DNA from: Sedimentisphaerales bacterium
Lineage (GTDB): Bacteria > Planctomycetota > Phycisphaerae > Sedimentisphaerales > SM23-30
Assembly: GCA_963666285.1 (NCBI GenBank)
Contig: OY762711.1
Length of the DNA: 64,000 bases
Reading direction: 5' to 3' (one strand)
Part shown: positions 9,833-20,379 of the stretch, in pieces
Numbering within the stretch: the stretch's first letter is position 1
How the letters are laid out: each line of letters begins with the position of its first letter
Notes under the pieces: generated by a model
What the model saw: only the letters and a program-made list of their open reading frames with translations
What the model was told of the DNA's origin: nothing
The model's database searches: none
Translations under genes and position numbers: made by a program

Positions 9833-10737
9833 TCCTCCAGGAGTTTGTCAATATCACTGATTAAGTGTTCTGTTTTATCTACCAGCCTGTATCTTTGAAG
9901 GGCGATCCGGAGAATTATGGTAAGTGTTTCAAATATACTGTCATTGTTAATATATATATCATCAGTTGAATTATAAATAACAATAGCATATATTATTCCA
10001 TTGTGTGTTATTGGTATTGCACTTATGCCGTTCTCATAATAATTATCATTAGTAACTTGCACGACGTTTATTACTTTTGTTAAGGCTTCACTATTTTTTA
10101 TTTCAGAGCTGGAGTAAGTATTATAAGATGTTTCGCCGGGTATAATCAGGCTTATATGTTTGGTGCAGAGTATGTAACTCAGGAAATCCACAATGTTGTG
10201 TAAGAACGTATTGATAGGGATACCGTCCAGTAATTGTATCAGCAGGTCGTTATAGTTTTTGAGGATATATGTTCTTTGCTGAACTTTTTCTTCAAGATTC
10301 TGATTTAAGTTCTCTAACTCTTCATTCTTAAACTTGAGCTCTTCAAGTAACTTAAGATTATCCATATTGAGTTGATAATAGTCTATACCGCTCCTGATCG
10401 TCATTACTAAATCGTCATTATTCCACGGTTTCAAAAGGTAACGCCACAGCAAACCGCTGTTGATGGCTTCTATTATCATTTCAACTTCTGAAAATCCTGA
10501 TAAAAGTATTTTAATCGAGTGCGGAGAAAGTTCACTTGCTCTTTTCAGAAGTTCAATCCCATCCATACCAGGCATTAGAACGTCTGAAATGATCATTGCT
10601 ACGCTTTCATTTTCCAGGACTTCAAGTGCTTCGCTGCCGCTTTCTGCCGTTATTATATTATATGGCTCTTTTCTCAGTACAGCTGTTAGTGAGTCCAGGA
10701 TACATTTTTCATCATCAACAAATAGTATATTATGCAT
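9823..10737 (-). CDS. Response regulator receiver protein with coiled coil and C-terminal GAF-like region
   Basis: ILFVDDE, ISDVLMPGMDG, LLSG, YLLKPW. Overlaps the start of the DUF342 gene by 10 nt. Confidence 0.85.
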   Translation of the reverse strand: MHNILFVDDEKCILDSLTAVLRKEPYNIITAESGSEALEVLENESVAMIISDVLMPGMDGIELLKRASELSPHSIKILLSGFSEVEMIIEAINSGLLWRYLLKPWNNDDLVMTIRSGIDYYQLNMDNLKLLEELKFKNEELENLNQNLEEKVQQRTYILKNYNDLLIQLLDGIPINTFLHNIVDFLSYILCTKHISLIIPGETSYNTYSSSEIKNSEALTKVINVVQVTNDNYYENGISAIPITHNGIIYAIVIYNSTDDIYINNDSIFETLTIILRIALQRYRLVDKTEHLISDIDKLLEECH

Positions 10738-11143
10738 GGATGTCTCGCTTTTGTTTTACTAATTTATGTATTAGTGTGGTTAGTTAGTAATGTAGTTCCA
10801 ATAATAAGCCATTTTTAGAAAAGCATTTTCTCTCGTTCAGATATTCAAGTATTTTTAACATCCGTTTTTATTAAATATTGTATTGTTATTTACGTTTTTA
10901 CCGGACCTTATCAATAAATTCGCCCAATTTAATCAATATAGTATATCGACTATAATGATACCGCTGTTTAGTTGTCATGTATGTGTAGGTCAAAGAGATT
11001 GCTGTAGTTATTGGACATTCATAAAGCTTAAAACATAGTGCTTAATGAATGCTTAATAGTGAATTCTGCTTGATTTTGTTGGATGGTATGAAGAGAAAAA
11101 CCAAATTATGCGCAAAATGGTTGGGAAATAGCATAAAAAACGC

Positions 11144-11172
11144 TTGTCATTGTTGCTTTGTTATGCTAATAT
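11144..11172 (+). promoter_or_regulatory. Candidate sigma70 promoter for the Gfo/TIM-barrel operon
   Basis: TTGTCA-N17-TAATAT with extended -10 TG at 11164-11165. Confidence 0.55.
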
Positions 11173-11394
11173 TGTGACCAATCTGTTGTTTAGAAAAGTA
11201 TTGAATTTCAAGCATGATTCGCAAGTTAATATGAAACCTTTATTTACAGCATTTACTATCACTCATTTTTTAAAGTATGCAATTCTTTAAGTTTTTACTA
11301 TGATTTATGTATGATTTACTGAATATAAAATATTTGTTTTCATATTTATAATTTTTTTCTATGTTTGATTGTAACTTCGATTGGAGGCTTAACT

Positions 11395-12564
11395 GTGCTT
11401 AACAGAAAATTAATTATGGGAATGGTGGGCGGTGGCCCTGGTGCTTTTATTGGTGAAGTTCATCGTAAAGCAGCAAGACTTGATGGTCAGATAGAAATTG
11501 TTGGCGGTGCCTTTGATATCATGCCGGCTAAGAGCAGGCAAATGGGCAAGGAATTGTTCGTTGATCCTAAACGGGCATATAGCAGCTATCAGGAACTGAT
11601 TGAAAAAGAATTGAAATTGCCGGAAGGTGAGCGGATGGATTTCGTCTCTGTCTGTACGCCGAATAATTTCCATTTTCCAATCGCGAAAGCTTTGTTGGAA
11701 GCCGGTTTTCATGTTATGTGTGAAAAACCGATGACTCTGACAGTGAAGGAAGCTCGTGACCTGGTTAAAATCGTCAGGAAAAGTCGAAAAGTATTTGGTT
11801 TAATGCATAATTATACCGGGTATCCAATGGTTAAACTGGCGAAAGATATGATTAAAAAAGGCGAAATCGGCAAGATTCGCAAGGTGGTTGTTCAATATCC
11901 GCAGGGATGGCTGGCAACTGCATTAGAGAAAACTAAAAATCAGCAGGCTTCCTGGCGTACTGATCCTAAACAAAGCGGCGGTTCTGGCTGTGGCGGTGAT
12001 ATTGGTACTCATGCAGAAAATCTGGCAGAATATGTCACTGGTCTGAAAATGACTGAGATTTGTGCGGAACTTACCTCTTTTGTGCCTGGCAGAAAACTTG
12101 ACGATGATGTTAACTGTTTAGTTAAATTCAATAACGGTGCTCGCGGTGTGCTGCATGCCAGTCAGGTTTCTGTTGGTGAAGAAAATAACCTGGCAATCTG
12201 GGTTTATGGCGAAAACGGTGGCCTGGAATGGCATCAGGAGCATCCAAACTATCTGTATGTCAAGGCTATGAGTGGCCCTGAGCAGGTATGGAAACGCGGC
12301 AATGATTATGTTGCGGCATATAGCCCGGCAGCTGCTCGTTGTTCTCGTCTGCCGTCCGGTCATCCTGAGGCATTTATCGAGGCTTTTGCGAATAATTATC
12401 TTAACTTTGTTGATGCTGTTCGCTGTAAAATCGCCAGGGTTAAGCCGGATCCGCTATATCTGGATTTCCCAAATGTAGATGACGGTTTACGCGGTATGCT
12501 TTTCATTGATACGATTCTTACCAGTGCTAAGAGCAAACAAAAATGGACAAAGTTTAAAAAGTAA
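11395..12564 (+). CDS. Gfo/Idh/MocA family NAD(P)-dependent oxidoreductase (cytoplasmic)
   Basis: GMVGGGPGAFIG, VCTPN..H, CEKP, GDIGTHA. GTG start at 11395 follows GGAGG at 11383-11387. Confidence 0.9.
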   Translation: MLNRKLIMGMVGGGPGAFIGEVHRKAARLDGQIEIVGGAFDIMPAKSRQMGKELFVDPKRAYSSYQELIEKELKLPEGERMDFVSVCTPNNFHFPIAKALLEAGFHVMCEKPMTLTVKEARDLVKIVRKSRKVFGLMHNYTGYPMVKLAKDMIKKGEIGKIRKVVVQYPQGWLATALEKTKNQQASWRTDPKQSGGSGCGGDIGTHAENLAEYVTGLKMTEICAELTSFVPGRKLDDDVNCLVKFNNGARGVLHASQVSVGEENNLAIWVYGENGGLEWHQEHPNYLYVKAMSGPEQVWKRGNDYVAAYSPAAARCSRLPSGHPEAFIEAFANNYLNFVDAVRCKIARVKPDPLYLDFPNVDDGLRGMLFIDTILTSAKSKQKWTKFKK

Positions 12565-12658
12565 AACTTAAAAACGGCCTTAAATTCAATTTTATTATAT
12601 GTAAGTTGTTTTTTGAGATAAACAGAGAAGAACATTGTTTAACTAAGGAGATATTTAT

Positions 12659-13651
12659 ATGGCAAGACCAGTAACACTATTTACAGGGCAATGGGCAGAC
12701 CTTACTCTTGATGAATTGGCAGCAAAGATGGCCGAGATCGGTTATAACGGTCTTGAGCTTGCTTGTTGGGGTGACCATATGGATGTTTTTCAGGCTGCCG
12801 AAGACCTGGATTATTGTAAAAAGCAGAAAGCGATTCTTGACAAATATGGATTGAAACTTTTTGCTATCAGTAATCATTTAGCCGGTCAGCTGGTATGCGA
12901 TTTGAATAATGACAGTCGCTCAGATATGTTTGCACCGGAAGATTGTGCCGGCGATGCTGAGAAAAAACGGGCCTGGGCTGTTGATGCCATGAAAGCTACT
13001 GCTAAAGCTGCTAAAAATCTCGGTGTTAGTGTCGTAAATGGTTTTACCGGGTCCAGTATCTGGCATCTTCTATACAGTTTTCCGCCGGTAAGTGATCAAA
13101 TGATTGATGATGGTTTCAAGTTCTTTGCCGATATGTGGAACCCGATCTTTGATGTTTTTGATGAATGTGGCGTTAAATTTGCCCTGGAAGTTCATCCTAC
13201 TGAGATTGCATTTGACATTGTTACTGCTAAGAGAGCTTTGGCTGCTGTTAATAATCGTGAGACATTCGGCTTTAATTTCGATCCTAGTCATCTTCACTGG
13301 CAGATGGTGTGCCCGGTGCGGTTCATACAGGAATTTTCTGACCGGATCTATCATGTACACATGAAAGATGCTGCTCGTCAGTTGGATGGTTATACCGGCA
13401 TTCTTGGCTCTCACTTGAATTTTGGCCAGCCGAATCGCGGTTGGGACTTCCGTTCGCTTGGACGCGGCGGAGTTGATTTTGAAGAAATTATTCGCATGTT
13501 GAACTTGATTGGCTATGCCGGTCCGCTTTCCGTTGAATGGGAAGATTGCGGCATGGAAAGGTTCCATGGTGCCAAAGAAGCATGTGACTTCGTTAAGAAA
13601 ATGGATTTTGCGCCTTCAAATGTTCAGTTTGATGCAGCGTTTGATAAATAG
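12659..13651 (+). CDS. Sugar phosphate isomerase/epimerase-type TIM-barrel protein (IolE/MocC-like)
   Basis: TLFTGQWADL, FALEVHP, FNFDPSHL, HVHMKD, LSVEWED; AAGGAG RBS. Confidence 0.9.
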   Translation: MARPVTLFTGQWADLTLDELAAKMAEIGYNGLELACWGDHMDVFQAAEDLDYCKKQKAILDKYGLKLFAISNHLAGQLVCDLNNDSRSDMFAPEDCAGDAEKKRAWAVDAMKATAKAAKNLGVSVVNGFTGSSIWHLLYSFPPVSDQMIDDGFKFFADMWNPIFDVFDECGVKFALEVHPTEIAFDIVTAKRALAAVNNRETFGFNFDPSHLHWQMVCPVRFIQEFSDRIYHVHMKDAARQLDGYTGILGSHLNFGQPNRGWDFRSLGRGGVDFEEIIRMLNLIGYAGPLSVEWEDCGMERFHGAKEACDFVKKMDFAPSNVQFDAAFDK

Positions 13652-13729
13652 TAAATATTTTTAAGCAAATATTTACCAGAAGTAATTTTAGTATATTATA
13701 ATTTTAGTAAAGTAATTGCAAAGGTATCT

Positions 13730-13763
13730 GCTGATGGAAAATTCGTTTTCCATCAGCTGTTTT
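13730..13763 (+). terminator. Intrinsic terminator
   Basis: GCTGATGGAAAA-TTCG-TTTTCCATCAGC followed by TGTTTT. Confidence 0.75.
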
Positions 13764-13939
13764 CTACAAAAAGCAAACCTCACAAAATGCCTGCCAGTTG
13801 TAAAGAGAATTAGTAATAAGCAATATGTTTATTGCATTTAGTATAAATATTAATTCTTATGCCTTATATTTTATTAATGCAATAATTGCGTATGCATAAT
13901 AGTAACTGCTTATTTATTGTAGTAGTTATTTAACAGTTA

Positions 13940-14137
13940 ACTTTCGCAGTTTTTGAGCTGTAATAACGAAGTGCCTTTGGGTTAATCGCCTGAAAGGGCC
14001 TTCTGCAGCACTTTGAATTAAATATACTTTCGAGAAATAGCTCGGAAATACAATTAAATGTAATGTTTTTTCATTCACAAGGCCTTGTTCCGGCCTTTGC
14101 GTGTAATGTTGAACAGTAAAAAGTGCGATACCGCACT
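13940..14137 (+). repeat. Structured non-coding repeat, copy 1 (198 nt), ending 21 nt before a Tat dehydrogenase start
   Basis: Aligns with 23188-23364; conserved stems AAGGCC/GGCCTT and AGTGCG/CGCACT. Confidence 0.9.
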
Positions 14138-14158
14138 AACATATAGTAGATATTTAAC

Positions 14159-15469
14159 ATGAGTAAAAACAAAATAACTAGAAGAGAGTTTTTCTGTAGA
14201 GCAGCAGGTTATGCAGCTGGGGCTGCAATTTTCCCAACTATACTTCCCGTTTCTGCTTTAGGTGGCGACGATAATGTGTTGCCCAGCAATCGTCTGCAAG
14301 GTGCCCAGCTTGGTTGCGGCGGCATGGGAACCGGCAATATGCGTGGTTTTCTGAATTATAAGGAATTGCAGATTGTAGCTGTTTGTGATGTCGATAGAAA
14401 ACATGCTGAGCGGGCAAAGCGATACGTAGACGATAAATATGGCAATTCTGATTGTCGTATATACAGTGACTATCGTGAGATGATCGAAAAAGAAAGTCTC
14501 GATATTATCAGTCAGGCCTTACCGGATCACTGGCATGCAAAAAGTGCTGTTGATTGTGCTCGTAAAGGCATAGATATGTACGGCGAGAAACCGCTGTCAA
14601 GAACCATTGCCGAAGGACGCGCGATATGTGACGCCGTCAAAAGACATGGCATTGTCTGGCAGACTGGCAGTTGGCAAAGATCTGTAGCCAATTTCCGACG
14701 GGTTTGTGAGTTAATTCGGAACGGGCGTCTGGGTAAAATCTCTCATGTGGAAGTTGGTTTACCGGACGGAAGTCCTGGACCGGATAGAAAATTATTGCCG
14801 GTACCGGATTATTTCGACTGGGATATGTGGCTTGGACCGGCTCCTTGGCGGCCGTACCAGGATTTTGGAGAGGGGAGCCCTCATTACTGGTGGAGACATT
14901 TTCTGGACTATTCCGGCGGTAAGCTTACCGACTGGGTTGGCCATCATGCTGATATTGCTCACTGGGCACTTGGTTTTGATGAGACCGGACCTGTTGAGAT
15001 AGAAGGTAAAGGTTCGTATCCGACCAAAGGTATTTATGATGTGCCTTTTGAATATGATTTTGTCTGTACCTATGCTGATAAAACAACGATCAGGGTTGCC
15101 AATAAAGGTCTTTTGCCAAAAGGGCAGGGCGTTTGCTTCTATGGTGAGAACGGCTGGATATTTATTTCACGTTCAGTACTTGAAGCTTCCGACCCGAAAA
15201 TATTGCAGGAAAAAATTGGGGCAAATGAGATTAAATTATATAAAAGCGGAGATCATAAACGTAATTTTATAGATTGTGTAAAAAGCAGAAAAGAGACTGT
15301 TACCCCGGCTGAGACTGCTCATCGTTCGATTAGTGTCGGACTGCTCGGCGAAATTGCGATGCTGACAGGCAGGAAACTTAAGTGGAATCCTGAAAAAGAA
15401 TTGTTCGTGGGTGACCAGACAGCAAACAGATATTTAATGAGGTCGTATCGTAGCGGCTGGACTCTTTAA
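14159..15469 (+). CDS. Tat-exported Gfo/Idh/MocA oxidoreductase
   Basis: TRREFF signal; GCGGMG, LPDHWH, GEKP, QTGSWQRS, WDMWLGPAP. Confidence 0.9.
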   Translation: MSKNKITRREFFCRAAGYAAGAAIFPTILPVSALGGDDNVLPSNRLQGAQLGCGGMGTGNMRGFLNYKELQIVAVCDVDRKHAERAKRYVDDKYGNSDCRIYSDYREMIEKESLDIISQALPDHWHAKSAVDCARKGIDMYGEKPLSRTIAEGRAICDAVKRHGIVWQTGSWQRSVANFRRVCELIRNGRLGKISHVEVGLPDGSPGPDRKLLPVPDYFDWDMWLGPAPWRPYQDFGEGSPHYWWRHFLDYSGGKLTDWVGHHADIAHWALGFDETGPVEIEGKGSYPTKGIYDVPFEYDFVCTYADKTTIRVANKGLLPKGQGVCFYGENGWIFISRSVLEASDPKILQEKIGANEIKLYKSGDHKRNFIDCVKSRKETVTPAETAHRSISVGLLGEIAMLTGRKLKWNPEKELFVGDQTANRYLMRSYRSGWTL

Positions 15470-15523
15470 AATATAAGGTTTAATCGAAGAAGGTTTAGAT
15501 AAAAACTAAAAAGAGGTGGCATA

Positions 15524-16864
15524 ATGTCTGAAAAGAAATTAAACAGGCGGTCATTTATCAAGAAAGCATCTGCGGTTTCGGCTGTGGCTGGTCTTCCATT
15601 TATTATTCCATCATCAGTTCTGGGAAAGGATGGAGCTGTTTCGCCAAGTAATCGGATTACTATTGCTCAAATTGGTTGTGGTGGCATGGGAACCGGCAAT
15701 ATGAACAGCTTTCTCAATTTAAATAATAATGCTTTGCAATTTATTTCTGTTTGTGATGTTGCTAAAAACCATGCGGCTAATGCTAAAAAGTCAATTGACA
15801 ATAAGTATGGAAACAGTTCCTGTAGAATTTACGGTGATTTCCGGGAAATGCTGGAAAAGGAAGATCTCAATTGTGTAAGCCATGCCTTGCCCGATCACTG
15901 GCATGCTCCTGTGGCTCTTGCCTGTGCTCGTAAGGGGATCGATATGTATGGCGAAAAGCCTTTCGCCCGATCTATTAAAGAAGGGCGGGCGATGTGCAAT
16001 GCTATCACTCAGAATAATCTTATCTGGCAGACCGGCAGCTGGCAAAGATCGGTTGCTCATTTTCATAAAGGGGCTGAATTAGTCATCAATGGCAGAATTG
16101 GCAAGGTTGAATATGTAGAAGTCGGCTTGCCTAATGGCGATGCCGGTGGCGGACCGCAGGTTTGCCTGGAGCCTGCTCCTTCTGGTTTTGACTGGGATAT
16201 GTGGCTTGGGCCGGCTCCTTATCGGCCTGCCCAGAATTTCAACGGTAAACTGAGAAAAGATGGTGGTAACGGACCCCACTGGGACTGGCGATGGATCCTG
16301 GATTATTCCGGCGGGCAAATGACCGATTGGGCCGGACATCATATTGACATTGCCCATTGGGGACTCGGCCTGGAACGCACGGGACCTGTTGAAATAGAAG
16401 GTAAAGGCAAATACGCTACCGGCGGGATCTATGATGTGCCTTTTGCTTACGATTTCAATTGTAAATATGCCAATGGTGTTACTATGCGGGTTGCAAATGC
16501 AGCTGCATTAACTCATGGAATGGGAGCCTGCTGGTATGGTGAAAAAGGCTGGATACATGTTAGCCGGGGTGGATTGAATGCTTCGGATCCAAAAATATTA
16601 AAAGAGAAGATCGGTCCTGGTGAGACATTGCTTTATAAGAGCTACAATCATCATGAGAATTTTATTGATTGTGTTAAAACCCGTAAGGAAACTATTGCCC
16701 CTTCCGAAGTAGCGCATCGTTCTATCAGTGTCGGATTGCTCGGTGAAATTGCCATGCAGACCGGTCGGAAGTTGAAATGGGACCCTGCTAAAGAAGTTTT
16801 CGTTGGCGATGCTGGGGCTAACAGTATGCTCATGCGGCAATATCGCAGCGGCTGGGGAATATAG
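15524..16864 (+). CDS. Tat-exported Gfo/Idh/MocA oxidoreductase, tandem paralogue of 14159-15469
   Basis: NRRSFI signal; same motifs; long near-identical stretches such as AHRSISVGLLGEIAM. Confidence 0.9.
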   Translation: MSEKKLNRRSFIKKASAVSAVAGLPFIIPSSVLGKDGAVSPSNRITIAQIGCGGMGTGNMNSFLNLNNNALQFISVCDVAKNHAANAKKSIDNKYGNSSCRIYGDFREMLEKEDLNCVSHALPDHWHAPVALACARKGIDMYGEKPFARSIKEGRAMCNAITQNNLIWQTGSWQRSVAHFHKGAELVINGRIGKVEYVEVGLPNGDAGGGPQVCLEPAPSGFDWDMWLGPAPYRPAQNFNGKLRKDGGNGPHWDWRWILDYSGGQMTDWAGHHIDIAHWGLGLERTGPVEIEGKGKYATGGIYDVPFAYDFNCKYANGVTMRVANAAALTHGMGACWYGEKGWIHVSRGGLNASDPKILKEKIGPGETLLYKSYNHHENFIDCVKTRKETIAPSEVAHRSISVGLLGEIAMQTGRKLKWDPAKEVFVGDAGANSMLMRQYRSGWGI

Positions 16865-16948
16865 ATTTAGTTTATAAATGTTTGTATCTAAAATAAAAAA
16901 AAATAACGTTTTGCTTTGCAGAATATACATATAAGAAAAGTTAATATT

Positions 16949-19900
16949 ATGAATAAGATAAAAAGAATTATAAGTCTGGCGGTTTTGATAGTTTTTATTT
17001 CATCTCTTAATGTATTTGCGGTCACAGAAGATGAGGTTGCAAAAATGCGGGAAGCTATTCCGGCCAAACCGGTAGTTAAACCTGCTAAAGCCCGCAAAAT
17101 GCTGATGTTTGATTTGTGTATTGGTTTCAAACACAGCAGCATTCCATATTGGGCTCAGGCAATTGATATTATGGGAGAAAAAACCGGAGCCTTTTCTGTC
17201 GAGCATAGCACGGATATGACAGTGTTTTCTGATGAAAATCTGAAACAATACGATGTGATTTGTTTTAATAATACTACAAGTCTTGATCCGACTCCGTCCC
17301 AGAGAGAAGCCATATTGAATTTTATCAGGTCCGGTAAAGGTATCGTTGGAATTCACGCTGCCGCTGATAATTTTAATAACTGGGAAGAGGGCAAACGTCT
17401 GATGGGTAATATTTTTACCGGTCATCCCTGGACTTCAGGCGGGACCTGGGCTTTTAAGATTACTGAACCGGATCATCCGCTGACAAAGTCTTTTGAAGGT
17501 AAGGATTTCAAGCTAAACGACGAAATTTACCGTACCGACCCGCCTTATTATGACAGGACCAGGCAGCGGGTACTGGTAAGTCTTGACCTGTCGGACCCTG
17601 CCACCAAAAATGCCGGCGGGGTAAAACCTTCTGATATAGATACAGGCATAACATGGATTAAACGAGTTGGTAAAGGCCGTTTGTTCTATTGTTCTCTTGG
17701 CCATCAGCATCATGTTACCTGGAACAAGCCTATTTTAGAGCATTATCTTGCGGGTATTCAGTATGCGATTGGTGATCTGAAAGTGGATGATAGTATTCCC
17801 GTTGTTGAAAGTGCCAGATCTGCTGAAGCTATTGAACTATTGAATATGGTTAAACAGTACGACTGGGATAAAAATCAGGAACCATTGCACAAAATGACCC
17901 TGTTTGTTAGAGATTGCCTGAACAATCCGATTGATGCAAAAATGGTAGAGACAAAACTTCTGGAAGTCTTAAATTCTGATGTCAACATTGCTGTTAAAGA
18001 TTATATCTGTCGCCAGCTAGCTGTAGTTGGCTCCGAGGTTTCGGTTCCACTGTTGGCAGGTATGCTGTCTGCTCCTGAAACCAGTGATATAGCAAGATAT
18101 GCCCTGGAGAGAATAAATTCAGGAGATGTAGATGTTGTTTTGTTTGAAGCATTAAAAAATACTGAGAACGATAAAATCAAGTCCGGCGTAATTGCTTCTT
18201 TGGGGGTGCGTAAATATACAGACGCTATTGCTGAGATAAAGAAATATTTGAATAGTGATAACGAAAATCTTGCTGTTTCTGCTGTGTATGCTTTGAGTGT
18301 GATTGGTAATGAAGCGGCGGCTGACGCTTTACTTGAGGCACAGCCTAAAGTTGCTAAAGAACGTGTCTTTGATGCGTTACTTGCCTGCGGCCAGAAAATC
18401 GCTCACACTGGAGATGTTGAAAAAGCTTCTAAAATATACAGTAAGGTATATCGTCTGAGCAAAGATGACACTATTCGTAAGGGTGCTTTTATCGGCTTGA
18501 TAAAAACTGATAAGGCAAATTCTTCTGCTATGATTAAAGGTGCTATCGAAGGCGATGATGTTGCAATGCAAAAAGCTGCTATCCAGACTCTGTCTCAGGT
18601 CGAAGATAAAAGCCTGTTGCTGACTATAGCTGGTTCGTTAAAGAGTTTTTCCGATGATGCCAAGGTCCTTATTATGGCTGCTTTAGCAGAGAACTCCAGC
18701 AGGGTTGGAGAAGTTCAGGTACTTGAATTTATCAAAAACAAGTCACAGGCTGTTAGAATTGCCGCATACGATGCTCTGGCGAAAATTGGTACTGTTAAGT
18801 CTGTCAGCAGCCTGGCTGCTGCCGGTGCCGAGATCCGGGACAGGAAAGAAAAAGATGCTGCCTTGGAAGCTCTTTTTTCAATGCCGGGCAAAGCTGTTGA
18901 TAATGAAATATTGAAACTGATCATTTCTGAAGATAATGCCGGAAAAGAAATGGTTGTTATTGAATTGATAAATGCTGCGGTAGCCCGTCAGGTGGAAGGC
19001 CTTTCTGATGTGTTATTTACTGCCACCCAGAGTTCAAGCCGTCGTGTTGTTGTTGCCGCTGTAAAGTCGCTCATGACTACTGCCGGTGCTGAAGATGTGA
19101 CCGCTATGGTTGAACTGCTGGCTGATAAACCTTCTACCAATACAGAGAATGCTTTAACCGTTCTGGCTGATCGACTGGATGATAAAGCAGAGCTGATAGC
19201 AAAGATAGCTGCCAGGTATAAGTCTCTTAATAACGCTCAGGCAAAGAGCTCGTTCTTGAAGGTTATGGGCAGGCTTGGCGGTGATGAAATAGCGGTAATC
19301 CTGAAGGCTGAATATGCTTCCTCTGATGCGGCACTCAAAGAGGCTGCCTTCAGAGCTATGACTGAATGGCCGGGAGCTGACTTTATTGCTAATATGAAGA
19401 GCCTTGCTGTCAGTGGCAAAGATGAAAAAACCAGGATCCTTGCTTTACGCGGTTACCTGAAGATGATTCGGGAGCATGGTGGAAAAGACAGGGGCAAAAA
19501 AATCATCGATACTTTTAAGATGGCGGAGCGAGAAGAAGAAAAACGCATGGTTATTGGAGCGATGGGTGATTTTGCCAGTAAGGATGTGTTTGAGTTCCTT
19601 ATAAATAATATGAACAATTCAAACTTTAAGGCAGAAGCTGAGATTAGTATTGTTAATGTTGCAAAAGTTCTGGCTGGCCGCTGTCCTGAAGTGGTTCTGC
19701 ACACTATGCAGCAGATAATTGATAGCAATGCCGGTGATAATGTCAAGAAGGGGGCCCGGGAAGTTATTGATAAAATCAATAAGATGGGGGCGTTCATCGT
19801 TGACTGGAAAATATCCAAAGCTTATTCTGACAATGGCATGAAATGCAAAGAGCTGTTTAACAGGGCTTTTGCTCCGGAAAGAAATGAAGGAAGCTGGAAG

Positions 19901-20251
19901 CAGGCAATAGTTTCTGATGATGGCAAAATTGACATGGACCAGGCCGAAGCAGGCGACAGTCTGGTGGCTTATCTGAAAACTGTGATTATCAGTTCTGTTG
20001 ATCAGGAAGTAACCTTGTCTATGGGCAGTGATGATGGTATGAAGGTTTGGTTAAACGATGAAATAGTACATGCTAATAATGTTGAAAGGGGACTTACCAG
20101 GGGTTCGGACAAGGCGAAAGTTAAACTGAAGAAAGGTAGAAATGAGCTGTTTGTCAAAATAACACAGAATTCCGGTGGTTGGGCGTTTTGCCTGGAAATT
20201 CAACAGGCTGACGGAAAAAGAGCTCAAAATATTGAAGTGGACTCAGAGTAA
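16949..20251 (+). CDS. Exported ThuA-like domain + HEAT repeats + C-terminal beta-sandwich (PA14-like)
   Basis: Signal peptide; FKHSSIP, GIVGIHAA, DEIY, RLFYCSLGH (ThuA-like); long ARYALERI/VRIAAYDALAKIG HEAT region; GSDDGMKVWLND C-terminus. Confidence 0.8.
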   Translation: MNKIKRIISLAVLIVFISSLNVFAVTEDEVAKMREAIPAKPVVKPAKARKMLMFDLCIGFKHSSIPYWAQAIDIMGEKTGAFSVEHSTDMTVFSDENLKQYDVICFNNTTSLDPTPSQREAILNFIRSGKGIVGIHAAADNFNNWEEGKRLMGNIFTGHPWTSGGTWAFKITEPDHPLTKSFEGKDFKLNDEIYRTDPPYYDRTRQRVLVSLDLSDPATKNAGGVKPSDIDTGITWIKRVGKGRLFYCSLGHQHHVTWNKPILEHYLAGIQYAIGDLKVDDSIPVVESARSAEAIELLNMVKQYDWDKNQEPLHKMTLFVRDCLNNPIDAKMVETKLLEVLNSDVNIAVKDYICRQLAVVGSEVSVPLLAGMLSAPETSDIARYALERINSGDVDVVLFEALKNTENDKIKSGVIASLGVRKYTDAIAEIKKYLNSDNENLAVSAVYALSVIGNEAAADALLEAQPKVAKERVFDALLACGQKIAHTGDVEKASKIYSKVYRLSKDDTIRKGAFIGLIKTDKANSSAMIKGAIEGDDVAMQKAAIQTLSQVEDKSLLLTIAGSLKSFSDDAKVLIMAALAENSSRVGEVQVLEFIKNKSQAVRIAAYDALAKIGTVKSVSSLAAAGAEIRDRKEKDAALEALFSMPGKAVDNEILKLIISEDNAGKEMVVIELINAAVARQVEGLSDVLFTATQSSSRRVVVAAVKSLMTTAGAEDVTAMVELLADKPSTNTENALTVLADRLDDKAELIAKIAARYKSLNNAQAKSSFLKVMGRLGGDEIAVILKAEYASSDAALKEAAFRAMTEWPGADFIANMKSLAVSGKDEKTRILALRGYLKMIREHGGKDRGKKIIDTFKMAEREEEKRMVIGAMGDFASKDVFEFLINNMNNSNFKAEAEISIVNVAKVLAGRCPEVVLHTMQQIIDSNAGDNVKKGAREVIDKINKMGAFIVDWKISKAYSDNGMKCKELFNRAFAPERNEGSWKQAIVSDDGKIDMDQAEAGDSLVAYLKTVIISSVDQEVTLSMGSDDGMKVWLNDEIVHANNVERGLTRGSDKAKVKLKKGRNELFVKITQNSGGWAFCLEIQQADGKRAQNIEVDSE

Positions 20252-20379
20252 AAAATAGTTTATTATTGTTCAAATTGACAGTTATTAGTTCTGTTAATAC
20301 TGAATATCAACAAGTAACAAATAAATATCAATTTTATAATAGTGCAATTTTAGCAGAGTTAGAAATGTGAGGTTTTGAA

